Source: Candidatus Eiseniibacteriota bacterium | GTDB lineage: Bacteria > Eisenbacteria > RBG-16-71-46 > JABDJR01 | Assembly: GCA_963762255.1 (NCBI GenBank) | Contig: CAVXKA010000003.1 | Coordinates: forward strand, 736,001-800,000 | DNA length: 64,000 nt | Direction of reading: 5' to 3' | Translations under genes and position numbers: made by a program | Shown: positions 8,840 to 19,140 of the stretch, piece by piece | Numbering within the stretch: the first letter of the stretch is position 1 | Layout of the letters: every line of letters begins with the position of its first letter | The notes under the pieces: generated by a model | What the model was told of the DNA's origin: nothing | What the model saw: the letters and a program-made list of their open reading frames with translations, nothing else | Database searches by the model: none

Positions 8840-9793
8840 TCAGGGCCCGAAACGTGTCAGTTCGACCAGGACCCGGCCGGGTTGGACCCCTTCAAGGCGC
8901 AGCTCCGGCGCGAGCAGGTTCACCTGGGGCGTGAGCAGGTGCCGGCCCGCAGGAAGGTTGGTGGCGTCCACGAAGACCATGATCTGACTGGAGATGGCGG
9001 AATCCGGCTGATCGGTGGGAACGGACACGGTGACCGCCGCCGACTCGGGCTCGACACGCGCAACGAGATCGGAGGCCACGCCGAGCACGGCCACCACCAG
9101 CGGCGGGAGCCGCCGGCTTTCCACATGCACGAGGGCGATCTCCACGACCACGGAGTCGGGGGATACGCGCAACCCTCCTCGTTCCGCGGTCACGCGCAGC
9201 GAGCGGCGGGTGGAAGCCTGAAGTCGATCCAGCCAGAGCGGCTCCGTTCCGAGCGATTCGATGTCGCGCAGCAGAGCGGACGGACCACTCACCTGCACCT
9301 GAGCAGGTTCGACGCGCAGAGGGCTCTCGAGTCCAAGCCCGGATGGAAGATCCCCAACCAAGGCAAGGTGTACCGGCACCCGGCGCGTCATCAAGGTGTC
9401 GATGTCGATGGTGATCGAACGCGGGGCGAGGATCTCGGTCACTTCCGGTTGCACCTTGCCCGAGATCTGCAGATCGTCTGGAGCAAGCCTGTGCTGCACC
9501 CGCCCCGGCCGCGCCTCGCGCAGATCCAGTACCACACGCGCTCCGTGCATGCGGAGCTTCAAGAAGTCCATGCCCTTCCCGCGAACGCGCAGGTCGACGG
9601 ACTCGACAGGTTCGCCGGCGAATACCAAACCGGAGGGAAGATTGCGGACTTCCAGCGGTACGCGCAGACGCCATTCCCGTTCCGCCCCCAAGCGCGCGTA
9701 GGCGAAGACCGCCATCGCGAGGAGGAGCGCCAGGAACTTGGGACCCAGATTGCGGCCGAGATCGGCCAGAGACCGGATAGCCATGCCCGACAT
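8840..9793 (-). CDS. YbbR/CdaR-like domain protein
   Basis: N-terminal TM (KFLALLLAMAVF) followed by three YbbR-like repeats (P..V.V.GP). Confidence 0.75.
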   Translation of the reverse strand: MSGMAIRSLADLGRNLGPKFLALLLAMAVFAYARLGAEREWRLRVPLEVRNLPSGLVFAGEPVESVDLRVRGKGMDFLKLRMHGARVVLDLREARPGRVQHRLAPDDLQISGKVQPEVTEILAPRSITIDIDTLMTRRVPVHLALVGDLPSGLGLESPLRVEPAQVQVSGPSALLRDIESLGTEPLWLDRLQASTRRSLRVTAERGGLRVSPDSVVVEIALVHVESRRLPPLVVAVLGVASDLVARVEPESAAVTVSVPTDQPDSAISSQIMVFVDATNLPAGRHLLTPQVNLLAPELRLEGVQPGRVLVELTRFGP

Positions 9794-9839
9794 TCTAGAA
9801 GGTTCGGACCACTCCGAGGGTGACTAACGTGATCCCCCC

Positions 9840-10232
9840 CTACCGCACGATCACGCGGCCGGTGAACTCGCGACCGGCAGGAAGACGGGAAAAGTAGAAC
9901 ACGGTGTCGGGCTCGTCGAACCGAAAGACGAAAGTCTCGCCGGTGCGGTCGCCAGAGCCGTAGCCATCCAACTCCTCGTCGAACAGGACGCCGGCTTGCG
10001 GATCGGCGGGACCGGTGCCGCTCGTCACCGTGCGGCGGCTGTCCGTCCCCTGACGCAGGATGCTCACCCAGCGCACGCGCTCGCCGGCGGCGATATCGAG
10101 CGTGACCGGGAAGAAGTCCTCGGTGCGCACTTGCACCTCGTGCTCCGCATCGGGAAGGGACGCTTCATCGCCGCAGCCGGCGGCAAGCGCACCGAGGACG
10201 AGCGAACAGACGAGCAGTCGTGATCCGGACAT
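9840..10232 (-). CDS. Lipoprotein with cupredoxin-like fold
   Basis: Lipobox AAGC; F.P..L.I.AGE.V.W, TVTSG, F...FDEP, G.VIV pattern. Confidence 0.65.
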   Translation of the reverse strand: MSGSRLLVCSLVLGALAAGCGDEASLPDAEHEVQVRTEDFFPVTLDIAAGERVRWVSILRQGTDSRRTVTSGTGPADPQAGVLFDEELDGYGSGDRTGETFVFRFDEPDTVFYFSRLPAGREFTGRVIVR

Positions 10233-10406
10233 CGGCGTGATCTCCCCGGGTTGCGCGAGTCAACAGCGCGGCGAAGGGATGCTTGAGGCCGCGCATCGGC
10301 CTGTCAAGGGTCTACGGGCTCCCATGATATACTGCCTCACCAATTTGCCGGTCGCGTCGGTGGGCCGACCCGCCGCCCGGCCCGAGCCCGAGGAGGCCCA
10401 CTCTCG

Positions 10407-12572
10407 ATGTGTGTTCCGAGCACAGCGCGCGCCGTCGCGCTCGTCCTGATCCTTGCCGCCGTTGCGCTCCCCGCTTTCGCCGCCCCCGCGGAGACCGGAG
10501 ATCGCCGAGTCATCGTGCTCGGATTCGACGGCGCCGACTCGCACCTCACCGAACAGTATATGGACGAGGGGTATCTCCCCAACCTGGCGAAGCTGCGCGC
10601 GGAGGGTTGCTACGCGCCTCTCGGCACCACCACCCCGCCGCAGACGCCGGTGTCATGGTCTTCGTTCGCGACCGGGAAGAACCCGGGCAAGCACGGCATC
10701 TTCGACTTCCTTCGGCGCGATCTCGCAACGTATCAGCCCGACTTTGCCATGTACCGGATCGGTTCACAGCCGGTGCTGTGGGGGAAGAACAATCACTACC
10801 TGGTCGCGCTGGCGCTCCTGGCCCTGTGCGTTCTCTTGGGCGCGCTCTTCGGCGCGATCGTGCGCCGACCGGCGCGCGGGCTCTTGATCGGCGGAGGAGT
10901 GGGCGTCGTGCTGGGCGTGGCCGCCGTCTTCCTGGCCAAGGACCTCATTCCCTACCGGCGCCCCACGATCGAGAACACGCGCAAGGGGGACACCTTCTGG
11001 GAGATCGCCGGACGCAACGGGATCGCCACCGAGGTGGTGCGCGTGCCCGCCACGTTTCCCCCCGCCGCCTTCGACCACGGTCACATTCTCTCCGGTCTCG
11101 GCGTGCCGGACATCCGAGGGACCTTCGGCACGTTCACCTACTACACGACCGAACCGCTGCCGGAGAGCGTGGACGAGAACACCGAGATGGGGGGCAAGAT
11201 CATCCAGGTCTCGCTCCTGAACGGGGAGACCGATTCGTTCGTCTTCGGCCCCCGCAACCGGCTCTTCGACACGCCGCCCGATATCGAACCCAAGGTGCAC
11301 TTCAAGGTGGATCGCAGCGTCGATCCCCCCACCGTGACCGTCACCACCGCCGACGAGTCGAAGACGGTCAGGCTCGGAGAGTGGAGCGACTGGTTCACGC
11401 TGCGGTTCACATTCAGCCCGCTCGTCACCGCCGCCGGCATCGCGCGGTTCTACTTCCAGTCCTCGGAACCGTTCGGCCTCTACATGTCGGCGATCAATCT
11501 GGACCCGCATCGTCCGGTGATGTCGGTGTCGGAACCGCCCGCGTGGAGCGCGGAACTCGCCGAGGAGTTCGGCTCCTACAAGACCCTGGGCTGGGCCATG
11601 GATACCTGGGCGTTGAACGAGCTGCGCATCGACGAGAAGACGTTCCTGGAAGACGTCTACTTCACCGAGTCGAAATACGCCGAGATCATGCGGACGCTGC
11701 TCGACCGCGACGATTGGACGCTTTACGTGCACTGCTACGAGCTCACCGACCGGGTGGCCCACGTCTTCTGGCGGTTCCTGGATCCCACGCACCCCGCCTA
11801 CGACTCGACCCTCGCCGCAACCTACGGAAACGCGGTGCGCGACTCCTACGTGTTCATGGACGACGTGGTGGGCGACACGATGAAGCGGATGCGCCCCACC
11901 GACATCCTCTACGTTCTCTCCGATCACGGCTTCCACACCTGGCACCAGTCGGTGAACTACAACACCTGGCTCGTGCGTCACGGCTACATGACGCTCAAGA
12001 ACAACAGCCCCGACACCCAGAAGAAGCTGGAGGATCTGTTCGGTCAGGGGCAGTTCTGGCCGAACGTGGACTGGTCGCGGACGAAGGCCTATGCGATGGG
12101 CCTGGGCGACGTCTACATCAACTTGAAGGGGCGCGAGGCGCACGGAATCGTGGAGCCGGGCGAGGAGTACGAGCGCATCCGCGAGCAACTCATCGCCGAT
12201 CTCACCGCGTGGGCGGACACCGCCAGCGGCGACCACCCGGTTCGCCGGCTGATCAAGCGAGAGGACGTCTACAACGGGTACGATCCTGACTTGATCCCGG
12301 ATCTCTTCGCAGCCAACGCCCCTAAGTACCGCGTGTCGTGGCAGACCTCTCTCGGAGGAATCCCGCCCGATCTGCTCACGCCCAACAACCGGAAGTGGAG
12401 CGGCGATCATTGCAGCTTCGACGCCGAGATCACCAAGGGGGTCTTCTTCGCCAATCGTCGGCTCGACGCCGCCGGGGCGACGATCTACGACCTCTTCCCG
12501 ACCATCCTTCAGGACTTCGGGATCGCGGTGCCGGCGGACGTGGACGGCGAGACGCTCGCGCCACTCCCCTAG
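10407..12572 (+). CDS. Alkaline-phosphatase superfamily (nucleotide pyrophosphatase/phosphodiesterase-type) protein
   Basis: LGFDGAD, PPQTPVSWSSFATG.NPGKHGIFDF, SDHGF, WSGDH; signal peptide. Confidence 0.85.
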   Translation: MCVPSTARAVALVLILAAVALPAFAAPAETGDRRVIVLGFDGADSHLTEQYMDEGYLPNLAKLRAEGCYAPLGTTTPPQTPVSWSSFATGKNPGKHGIFDFLRRDLATYQPDFAMYRIGSQPVLWGKNNHYLVALALLALCVLLGALFGAIVRRPARGLLIGGGVGVVLGVAAVFLAKDLIPYRRPTIENTRKGDTFWEIAGRNGIATEVVRVPATFPPAAFDHGHILSGLGVPDIRGTFGTFTYYTTEPLPESVDENTEMGGKIIQVSLLNGETDSFVFGPRNRLFDTPPDIEPKVHFKVDRSVDPPTVTVTTADESKTVRLGEWSDWFTLRFTFSPLVTAAGIARFYFQSSEPFGLYMSAINLDPHRPVMSVSEPPAWSAELAEEFGSYKTLGWAMDTWALNELRIDEKTFLEDVYFTESKYAEIMRTLLDRDDWTLYVHCYELTDRVAHVFWRFLDPTHPAYDSTLAATYGNAVRDSYVFMDDVVGDTMKRMRPTDILYVLSDHGFHTWHQSVNYNTWLVRHGYMTLKNNSPDTQKKLEDLFGQGQFWPNVDWSRTKAYAMGLGDVYINLKGREAHGIVEPGEEYERIREQLIADLTAWADTASGDHPVRRLIKREDVYNGYDPDLIPDLFAANAPKYRVSWQTSLGGIPPDLLTPNNRKWSGDHCSFDAEITKGVFFANRRLDAAGATIYDLFPTILQDFGIAVPADVDGETLAPLP

Positions 12573-12701
12573 ATCCGCGGTTCAAGCGCACCGCTTCCGT
12601 GCGCCCGCGCTTCGAGCGCGCCGCCTTCGAGCGCGGGGATACCCTTCGGCAATGATCCGGGCTAGACTCAAGCTCATGCAACCTACGATGGAGGAACGTC
12701 C

Positions 12702-13541
12702 TTGAGTCATCGGCAGAGCGCCTGGCACGGGGCGGGGAGCATCCTCGGCTTTCCCCCCGCCATCAGCCAGCTCGTCCTCATCAACGTCATCGTCTTTCTG
12801 CTGCAGCAGCTCACGCCGCAGATCCAGGCGTGGTTCGCCCTGGTACCCCAGCAAGTGGTTACTCAGGGGAGGATTTGGCAACTCGTCTCCTACATGTTCC
12901 TGCATGGCGGATTCACCCACATCCTCTTCAACATGTTCGGGCTCGTCATCTTCGGCAGCGATCTCGAGCGCTACTGGGGCTCCCGCGACTTCCTCAAGTA
13001 CTACTTCATCACCGGGATCGGGGCGGGGCTGATTCACATCCTGGCCGCGTACGCATTTCCCGGGAATTTCCCGCCTTCCTACATCGTTCCCACGATCGGC
13101 GCCTCGGGGGCGATCTTCGGCATCCTGGTCGCCTACGCGATGGCGTTTCCCAACCGCCAGGTCCTGCTCTGGTTCGTGATCCCGGTCTCGGCGCGCACGA
13201 TGGTAATCCTGTTCGGGTTGATCGAGCTGGTCACCGCGTTTGAGCACCAAGGCGGAGACGGCGTGGCGCGGTTCGCCCACCTGGGCGGGATGCTGGTCGG
13301 GTATGTCTACTTGAAGCAGGAGACCCTGCTCCGGCGGGCGAAGCGGAACTTGCACGGCGCGCGCGCGCGCTCGGCGCGGCCTGCCGAGTCGCCCGAGGAC
13401 GACGCGGAACGCAAGGAGCAGATCGACCGGATCCTGGAGAAGATCAGCCGCGACGGGATGGGGTCGCTAAGTAAGGAAGAGCGACGGATCCTGGCGGAGT
13501 CCGCCGAGCGGGCGCGCCGCCAGCGCGGCGGCAGCGCCTGA
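12702..13541 (+). CDS. Rhomboid intramembrane serine protease with C-terminal DUF6576-like domain
   Basis: WQLVSYMFLH, HILFNM, GASG, AHLGG; tail IDRILEKIS..G..SLS.EE. Confidence 0.92.
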   Translation: MSHRQSAWHGAGSILGFPPAISQLVLINVIVFLLQQLTPQIQAWFALVPQQVVTQGRIWQLVSYMFLHGGFTHILFNMFGLVIFGSDLERYWGSRDFLKYYFITGIGAGLIHILAAYAFPGNFPPSYIVPTIGASGAIFGILVAYAMAFPNRQVLLWFVIPVSARTMVILFGLIELVTAFEHQGGDGVARFAHLGGMLVGYVYLKQETLLRRAKRNLHGARARSARPAESPEDDAERKEQIDRILEKISRDGMGSLSKEERRILAESAERARRQRGGSA

Positions 13542-13550
13542 CCGCGCCCT

Positions 13551-14528
13551 CTACGCGAGGCCCTTGGCCCGCTTCACCGCCTCGGTGAGCTTGGGCACGA
13601 TCTCCACCGCGTCCCCCACGATGCCGTAGTCCGCGACCTTGAAGACTGGGGCATCGGGATCCTTGTTCACGGCCACGATGCGCTTGGATGTGCGCATGCC
13701 GGCCAGGTGCTGGATCGCGCCCGAGATGCCGAACGCGAGGTAGAGGTTGGGGCTCACGGTCTTGCCGGTCTGACCGACCTGATGCTCGTGATCGATCCAC
13801 CCCGCGTCCACGACGGCACGGCTCGCACCCACCGCGGCGCCCATCGCCTTGGCGAGATCGAAGAGGGCGGGGAAGTTCTCCGGGCCCTTGAGACCGCGGC
13901 CACCTGCCACGATGACGTCGGCCTCGGCCACATCCACCATGCCGGCCTCGGAGGTCTTCATCTCCGTGCAGCGCGCGCGCAGCGCGACACCCGAGACATC
14001 CAGCGCGACGGTCTCGGCGGCGACCGGCGCAACGGCTGCCGGGAACACGTTCGGCCGCGAGGCGAGCACTGCGTGCGACGCAGGCGCGTCAAGCATCCAC
14101 TCCGCCTTGCCCGCGTACTGCGGGCGCGACACCACGAGGCGCCCGTTCTCGACCGCGGCCGCGGTGACGTCCGCCAGGTAGGTCCAGTCGAGGCGCGCGG
14201 CGAGGCGGGGCGCCAGATCCTTCCCCATCGCGGTGGCCGAGACCACGAGGATCTCCGCACCCGACTTTTCGATCGCCTGCGCAGCCGCGGCGGCGTAGCC
14301 CTCGGTGGAGTAGAGGGCGAGCGCCGAGGCGTCGGCCACGTAGACCGCGCTCGCGCCGTGCTCGGCGATGCGCGCAACGAGGCCGCTCACGCCCTCACCC
14401 GCCAGGACCGCCGCCATCGTCCCCCCCGATTCCTCGGCGAGCCGCTTGCCCAGCGACAGGGCTTCGAGAGAACTCTTCTTGATCGCACCGGCGCGCTGCT
14501 CGACGAACGTCAACACCTTGTGAGCCAT
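13551..14528 (-). CDS. etfA: Electron transfer flavoprotein alpha subunit
   Basis: [40 protein letters not shown]. Confidence 0.95.
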   Translation of the reverse strand: MAHKVLTFVEQRAGAIKKSSLEALSLGKRLAEESGGTMAAVLAGEGVSGLVARIAEHGASAVYVADASALALYSTEGYAAAAAQAIEKSGAEILVVSATAMGKDLAPRLAARLDWTYLADVTAAAVENGRLVVSRPQYAGKAEWMLDAPASHAVLASRPNVFPAAVAPVAAETVALDVSGVALRARCTEMKTSEAGMVDVAEADVIVAGGRGLKGPENFPALFDLAKAMGAAVGASRAVVDAGWIDHEHQVGQTGKTVSPNLYLAFGISGAIQHLAGMRTSKRIVAVNKDPDAPVFKVADYGIVGDAVEIVPKLTEAVKRAKGLA

Positions 14529-14545
14529 GGTCTCCCTCTCCTCCC

Positions 14546-15325
14546 CTAGAGCATCTTCTCGTCGTCGCGCAATGCGCGGACGAGTTCGGCCACCTGGGCG
14601 TCGGCATCGCCCTCGATCATCTTCATCTTGCGTTCCTGCGAGGGCTGGGTCACCGCGAGCACCTCGAAGCGCACCGCCGGAGCGGCGAGTCCCAGATCGC
14701 CCGCGCTCACGAGTTCGATCGGCTTCTTCTTGGCGGCCATGATCCCCTTGAGGCTCGGGTAGCGAGGCTCGTTCAAACCCTTCTGCGCCGCGATCACCGC
14801 GGGGAGCGAGAAGGCCACCTGCTCGAGACCGCCCTCCACCTCGCGCACCGCCTGACCGGACATGCCGTCGGCGGCGAACTCGAGGCCCACCACCACCGTC
14901 ACTTGAGGCCAATCGAGGCGCTCGGCCAGCATGGCCGGAATCGCCATCTGGTCGTCGTCCAGCGCCTGCTTCCCGCAGAAGATCACATCGGGCGATTCGC
15001 GCCTGACCAGCGCGGCCAGGGCCGCGGACACGGCGAGGGCGTCGGCCTGCGCGTAGACCGGATCCTTCAGCACCAACGCCTTGTCGGCCCCCAACGCCAG
15101 CGCGGCGCGCATGGCCTCCTCGATCTTCTCGCCGCCCACCGAGACCACCACCACCTCGCCCCCCTGCTTCTCCTTGAGTTGCAGGGCCGCTTCCATGGCG
15201 TACTGATCGTAGGCGTTGACTTCCCACTCCACGCCGGCCAGGTCGGCGGACTTGCCGTCGGCGGCGGGCTTGATCCGCGATTCCGTCGAGGGGACCTGCT
15301 TGAGACACACCACGATCTTCACCAC
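14546..15325 (-). CDS. etfB: Electron transfer flavoprotein beta subunit
   Basis: VCLKQVP, N.YD.YA.E.A, CGKQA.DDD, NEPRYPSLKGIMAAKKKP. Confidence 0.95.
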   Translation of the reverse strand: MVKIVVCLKQVPSTESRIKPAADGKSADLAGVEWEVNAYDQYAMEAALQLKEKQGGEVVVVSVGGEKIEEAMRAALALGADKALVLKDPVYAQADALAVSAALAALVRRESPDVIFCGKQALDDDQMAIPAMLAERLDWPQVTVVVGLEFAADGMSGQAVREVEGGLEQVAFSLPAVIAAQKGLNEPRYPSLKGIMAAKKKPIELVSAGDLGLAAPAVRFEVLAVTQPSQERKMKMIEGDADAQVAELVRALRDDEKML

Positions 15326-15499
15326 ATCCTCCTTCTGCTGAGGTCCGGCGGGGTTGGTCCGAGGCGAAAGGCGCCGCGAAGCCTACCAGCGGGCCGCAGG
15401 GAGGGTCAAACTCCGCGGCGGGTGGCGGCGCGACGCGCGTCCGGGCGAACGCGGGCGGCGTTGTTCCGGCGATCGCGCACGTGGTAGCCTCGCGCGCCC

Positions 15500-16219
15500 A
15501 TGGATCACGTACACGGCTCGACATCGCCGGGCGCCCCGCGCGCCTTCTACGAGGGCCTCGCGGGGCGCGCCCTCGATCGCTCCACCATCCGCGGCATCGC
15601 CTATCGCAACCTGGTCGTGGCGCGCCACGTCCCCGAGCGCGGGCAACGCGTGCTCGAAGTGGGCCCCGGCGAAGGATGGCTCACCCGAACGCTCGCCGGG
15701 CGCGGCCATCGCGTGATCGCAGTCGATCTCTCGCGACCCTGGCTCGCCGCGATCCGAAGCGACGCGGTCGCCGGCAAGGCGGCGGCCGAGATGACGCGCC
15801 TTCCCTTCGCCGACGCGAGCTTCGACGCCGTGGTCGCCGCCGAGGTGATCGAGCACATCCCCGACATGGCGGGCGCGCTCGCCGAAGCGGCGCGGGTGCT
15901 GGCGAGCGGCGGCCGGCTCGTGGTGACCGTGCCCTACCGCGAAACGCTTAAGTTCGCCCTCTGCGCCGACTGCGGGATCCGATACGAGGTGAACGGCCAC
16001 GTGCGCTCGTTCGACGAGGCGGATCTCGAAGCCGCACTCCAAGCCGCCGGGCTCGTGCCCGAGCGGCGCTTCATCGGACCCACCCGCTTCTCGCGCGAGA
16101 TCCTGCGGCGAGCCCCCATCGCTCCTCTGCTTCCGCTCCTCAACGCGCTCGACCGCGCGACCTATCGATCGCAACGTGTGAGCGACACGTGGATGCTCGC
16201 CACGGCCAGGCGTCCGTGA
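15500..16219 (+). CDS. Class I SAM-dependent methyltransferase
   Basis: VLEVGPGEG, LPFADASFD, EVIEHIPD; CxxC..NGH insert. Confidence 0.85.
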   Translation: MDHVHGSTSPGAPRAFYEGLAGRALDRSTIRGIAYRNLVVARHVPERGQRVLEVGPGEGWLTRTLAGRGHRVIAVDLSRPWLAAIRSDAVAGKAAAEMTRLPFADASFDAVVAAEVIEHIPDMAGALAEAARVLASGGRLVVTVPYRETLKFALCADCGIRYEVNGHVRSFDEADLEAALQAAGLVPERRFIGPTRFSREILRRAPIAPLLPLLNALDRATYRSQRVSDTWMLATARRP

Positions 16220-17469
16220 ACCGAAGCGTCCGCGCGCAGCTTCGCAGCATGGGGTCGGTGTCCGCGGTGACGCTGGCCACGCTCGCCGCGTACCTGGTGG
16301 CGGTTCTTCTCCTTGGGCGCAGCCTCCCGCGCGATCGCTTCGGCTACCTCACGCTCTGGGTCTACGCGCTGAACCTGCTCGGCGCGGCGTCGCTCCTCGG
16401 TTTTCCCAACGCGGTGCTCCGCCATTTGCCGCGCGAGCGGCTGCGCGAGAGCCGCTGGCCCTCGCTCTACCCGTCCATGGCCGCGCTCAACGTCGCGGTA
16501 TGCGCGGCGGGCGCGCTCGTCTTTCGCGCGCTCTACGCCGCCTCGTGGTGGGACGCCGGCGCGCTCTTCGTAGCCAGCGCCTCGGTGGGGTTCTCGCTCC
16601 TGCCGGTCACGATGCTCCAGATCTTTCGCCGGTTCGCGATCGCTCAGGCCATCTATACCCTCTGGCGGCCGGTCCTCCTCGCAACCACGCTTCTTCTGCT
16701 CCTGCGCGGGGATCTCACCGAGCGCCCGCTGCTCGCCGCCGTCGCCGCGGCGGGGATCGCACAGCTCGGTCTCGCCCTTGTCGCGATGCGGCGCGAGCCT
16801 CGCGGCGAGACCCCGGTGCGGTTGCGCGAGATGGCACCGGATGCCGCGGTGTTCAGCGGCCTCTACGTCACCGCGATGCTCATCCTGCGGCTGGACAGCT
16901 TCTTTCTTCCCAAGCTCATGGACCTGGACGCGCTGGGGCTCTATTCCGCGCTGAGCTTCCTGATGCTGACCGGATACGGCGTGGTGTCGCTGGCACTCGG
17001 GCAGGTGCTCTCCCCCAAGCTTGCGAGCCGCGAGCCGGTGCCGCTCGGCGCGCTGACCGCGATCCTCGCCGCGGGAGGGATCGCCGTCGGCCTTGCGCTG
17101 GCGGCGGCATCGAACACGCTCCTTCCGTTCCTCTTCGGCGACCGCTACGCCGGCGACCATCGCACCGCGGCGGCGGCGCTGGCACTGGCGGGACTTCTCC
17201 AGATGCTCTACGCGGTTCCTTCGAGCCGGATCGGAGTGCTGGCCTCGGCGAGGACGTTGAGGCTCTTTCTCCCGCTCAGCCTCACCTCGCTGGCGGTGGA
17301 CGCGGCGCTGCTCTGGCTGCTCGTTCCCCGCTGGGGAATCACCGGCGCGGCCGCCGCGAGCGCGTTCACGTGGCTCTGGCGAACCGCCGGCGCCTGGGCG
17401 GTGGAGCGGATCGCGGTGCGACGCAACGGCGCAGCGCCGGCGCCGGAGCGATCGAGCCCGAGGCCCTAG
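16216..17469 (+). CDS. Polysaccharide flippase-like (Wzx/MOP) membrane protein
   Basis: About 12 hydrophobic segments; RLD....LGLYS, FG..Y, L.PRWGI.GAA.A. Confidence 0.75.
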   Translation: MNRSVRAQLRSMGSVSAVTLATLAAYLVAVLLLGRSLPRDRFGYLTLWVYALNLLGAASLLGFPNAVLRHLPRERLRESRWPSLYPSMAALNVAVCAAGALVFRALYAASWWDAGALFVASASVGFSLLPVTMLQIFRRFAIAQAIYTLWRPVLLATTLLLLLRGDLTERPLLAAVAAAGIAQLGLALVAMRREPRGETPVRLREMAPDAAVFSGLYVTAMLILRLDSFFLPKLMDLDALGLYSALSFLMLTGYGVVSLALGQVLSPKLASREPVPLGALTAILAAGGIAVGLALAAASNTLLPFLFGDRYAGDHRTAAAALALAGLLQMLYAVPSSRIGVLASARTLRLFLPLSLTSLAVDAALLWLLVPRWGITGAAAASAFTWLWRTAGAWAVERIAVRRNGAAPAPERSSPRP

Positions 17470-18176
17470 CGCGGATCGCGGTCGGGGTCGATCTCCGGAC
17501 CCAACTCGCGCGGCGGCGCGCTCCCGTCGATGATCTCCATCCCGGGCGGGATGCGAAGCGCGGTGAGCGCGTCCGCGTCGCGCGGGTTGCGCTCCACCTT
17601 GGTGAAGGTGAAGGCCACGGTGTCCCCGGTCACCTCGCGGAAGAAGAGCTTCTCGGGAAGTCCGTTCTTGCCCACCACCACGCGCACTTCCTCGAGCGGG
17701 TAGCCGGGATCGGCTTGCCGGGGGAGGAGACGCAGCGACGCGCGATGATTCCCCCACGATTCCTGGTTGATGTGAAACGCTTCCGATAGCGTGCGGTTCC
17801 GACCGCCGAAGAGGAGAAATATCTCGCTCCCCGGAGAATCCTCGCTGAAGGGATAGCGCTGGACCTGGTTCTCGCTCGGCATCACGACCCAGAGCGAGTC
17901 GCCGCGGATGACGAGCTCCTGCGGCTCCGGGGTGGTGTAGGCCAGACGGAAACGGTGCGGGGGAACGAATGCGAGCATCCCGCGCGCTTCGATCTCCTCG
18001 CCGGTGAGCGAAACACTGCGGATCTGGATGAACTCCGCGCGGACTCCGCGCAGTTCCTTGAGCGCCGCCTCCATGCGCGCCGCCTCGGGAGGCAGCGGCG
18101 GCGTGGCGGTCTGCGCGCGCACCGGGGCCGCGCCGCAGATCAGCGCGAAGAGCGTCGTCATCAGCACGGATCGCAT
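17466..18176 (-). CDS. lolA: Outer-membrane lipoprotein carrier LolA-like
   Basis: Signal peptide; A.F.Q, G.L.F.PP.RFRL.Y..PE.Q.LV..G..LW...P..NQV. Confidence 0.8.
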   Translation of the reverse strand: MRSVLMTTLFALICGAAPVRAQTATPPLPPEAARMEAALKELRGVRAEFIQIRSVSLTGEEIEARGMLAFVPPHRFRLAYTTPEPQELVIRGDSLWVVMPSENQVQRYPFSEDSPGSEIFLLFGGRNRTLSEAFHINQESWGNHRASLRLLPRQADPGYPLEEVRVVVGKNGLPEKLFFREVTGDTVAFTFTKVERNPRDADALTALRIPPGMEIIDGSAPPRELGPEIDPDRDPR

Positions 18177-18187
18177 CGGGGTCCTCC

Positions 18188-19087
18188 TCACCTCTCGTCC
18201 TCCGCTTCGGGCAAGAAATCGGGCGATAGCTCCTCGGGGCGCAGCTCGCGTGTTCCCGCCGGTACCTTGAGATCGAAGGTCGCGAGCGCGACCTCCGTGT
18301 TGATGCGCACGGTCTGGAACACGAAGCGCGCCCACTGGCCGTCGTCCTTGAGCCGCACCGTCACGTGCACCGGGAACGCCTCGGCGCCCTTCCCCTCGTA
18401 CTTCTCGTACTCCGCGACCAGGAGCGGCGCTTCGAGCTGGCTCTCGCGGCGGATCTCCAGTCGGAAGGGCTTGCCGTCGCGGCGGTCCAGCCAGATCACG
18501 CGGTGGAAGGGACTCCCCGCGCCGCCGCGCCCGGGCGGAACGACCACGCGCAGCGAGTCGCCCTCGATCGAGGCCGCGCCCCCCTCCTCCAGATCGCGCG
18601 GAGGAATCCCGGCGGGGAGGAGCACGCTGTACAGCTCGGTGGGCGGAAGGAGGAGCCCCACCGAGGCCTCGCCTTCCGGCGCCCGCACCACCGCGCGATC
18701 GCGGGGAAGGTAGAGCGTCCAACCGTCGCCGCCGCCGCTCAGGTCGAAGAGGGTAGCGAGACTCCCCCACCGTCCCTGGATGCGCGCGTTCGAGGGACGC
18801 GAGAGCACCATGGAGAAATCGAAGGCGCGCGGCCGCTGGCCCTCGGCGCCGACCCGCGCGCGCCCTCCGGCCCGCAGGGTGCGCAGCGCGGCGGCCCAAC
18901 GGTTATGGGCTTCGACGAGACGCGATACCTCGGCGCTCTCGGGCGCGGCGGGGTCCGGCCGCGACGCGGCGGCGGGTTCGTCCTTCGCGGCAGCGGCAGC
19001 GGCCGCTGCTACGGCCGGCGGAATCGTGGTGAGGAGAAGCAGCGCGGCGGCGAGGGACCCGACGCGCAGATGGGGCGATCGCATCAT
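18188..19087 (-). CDS. Secreted protein, DUF4292/Lol-fold-like
   Basis: Signal peptide; beta-rich pattern ending FP..V.V....V.IN....F.L.VP. Confidence 0.5.
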   Translation of the reverse strand: MMRSPHLRVGSLAAALLLLTTIPPAVAAAAAAAAKDEPAAASRPDPAAPESAEVSRLVEAHNRWAAALRTLRAGGRARVGAEGQRPRAFDFSMVLSRPSNARIQGRWGSLATLFDLSGGGDGWTLYLPRDRAVVRAPEGEASVGLLLPPTELYSVLLPAGIPPRDLEEGGAASIEGDSLRVVVPPGRGGAGSPFHRVIWLDRRDGKPFRLEIRRESQLEAPLLVAEYEKYEGKGAEAFPVHVTVRLKDDGQWARFVFQTVRINTEVALATFDLKVPAGTRELRPEELSPDFLPEAEDER

Positions 19088-19140
19088 CGGCGGGGTATAC
19101 CCGCGGCGATCCCGATTGCATCCGGGCCGGCGCTTGAGGC

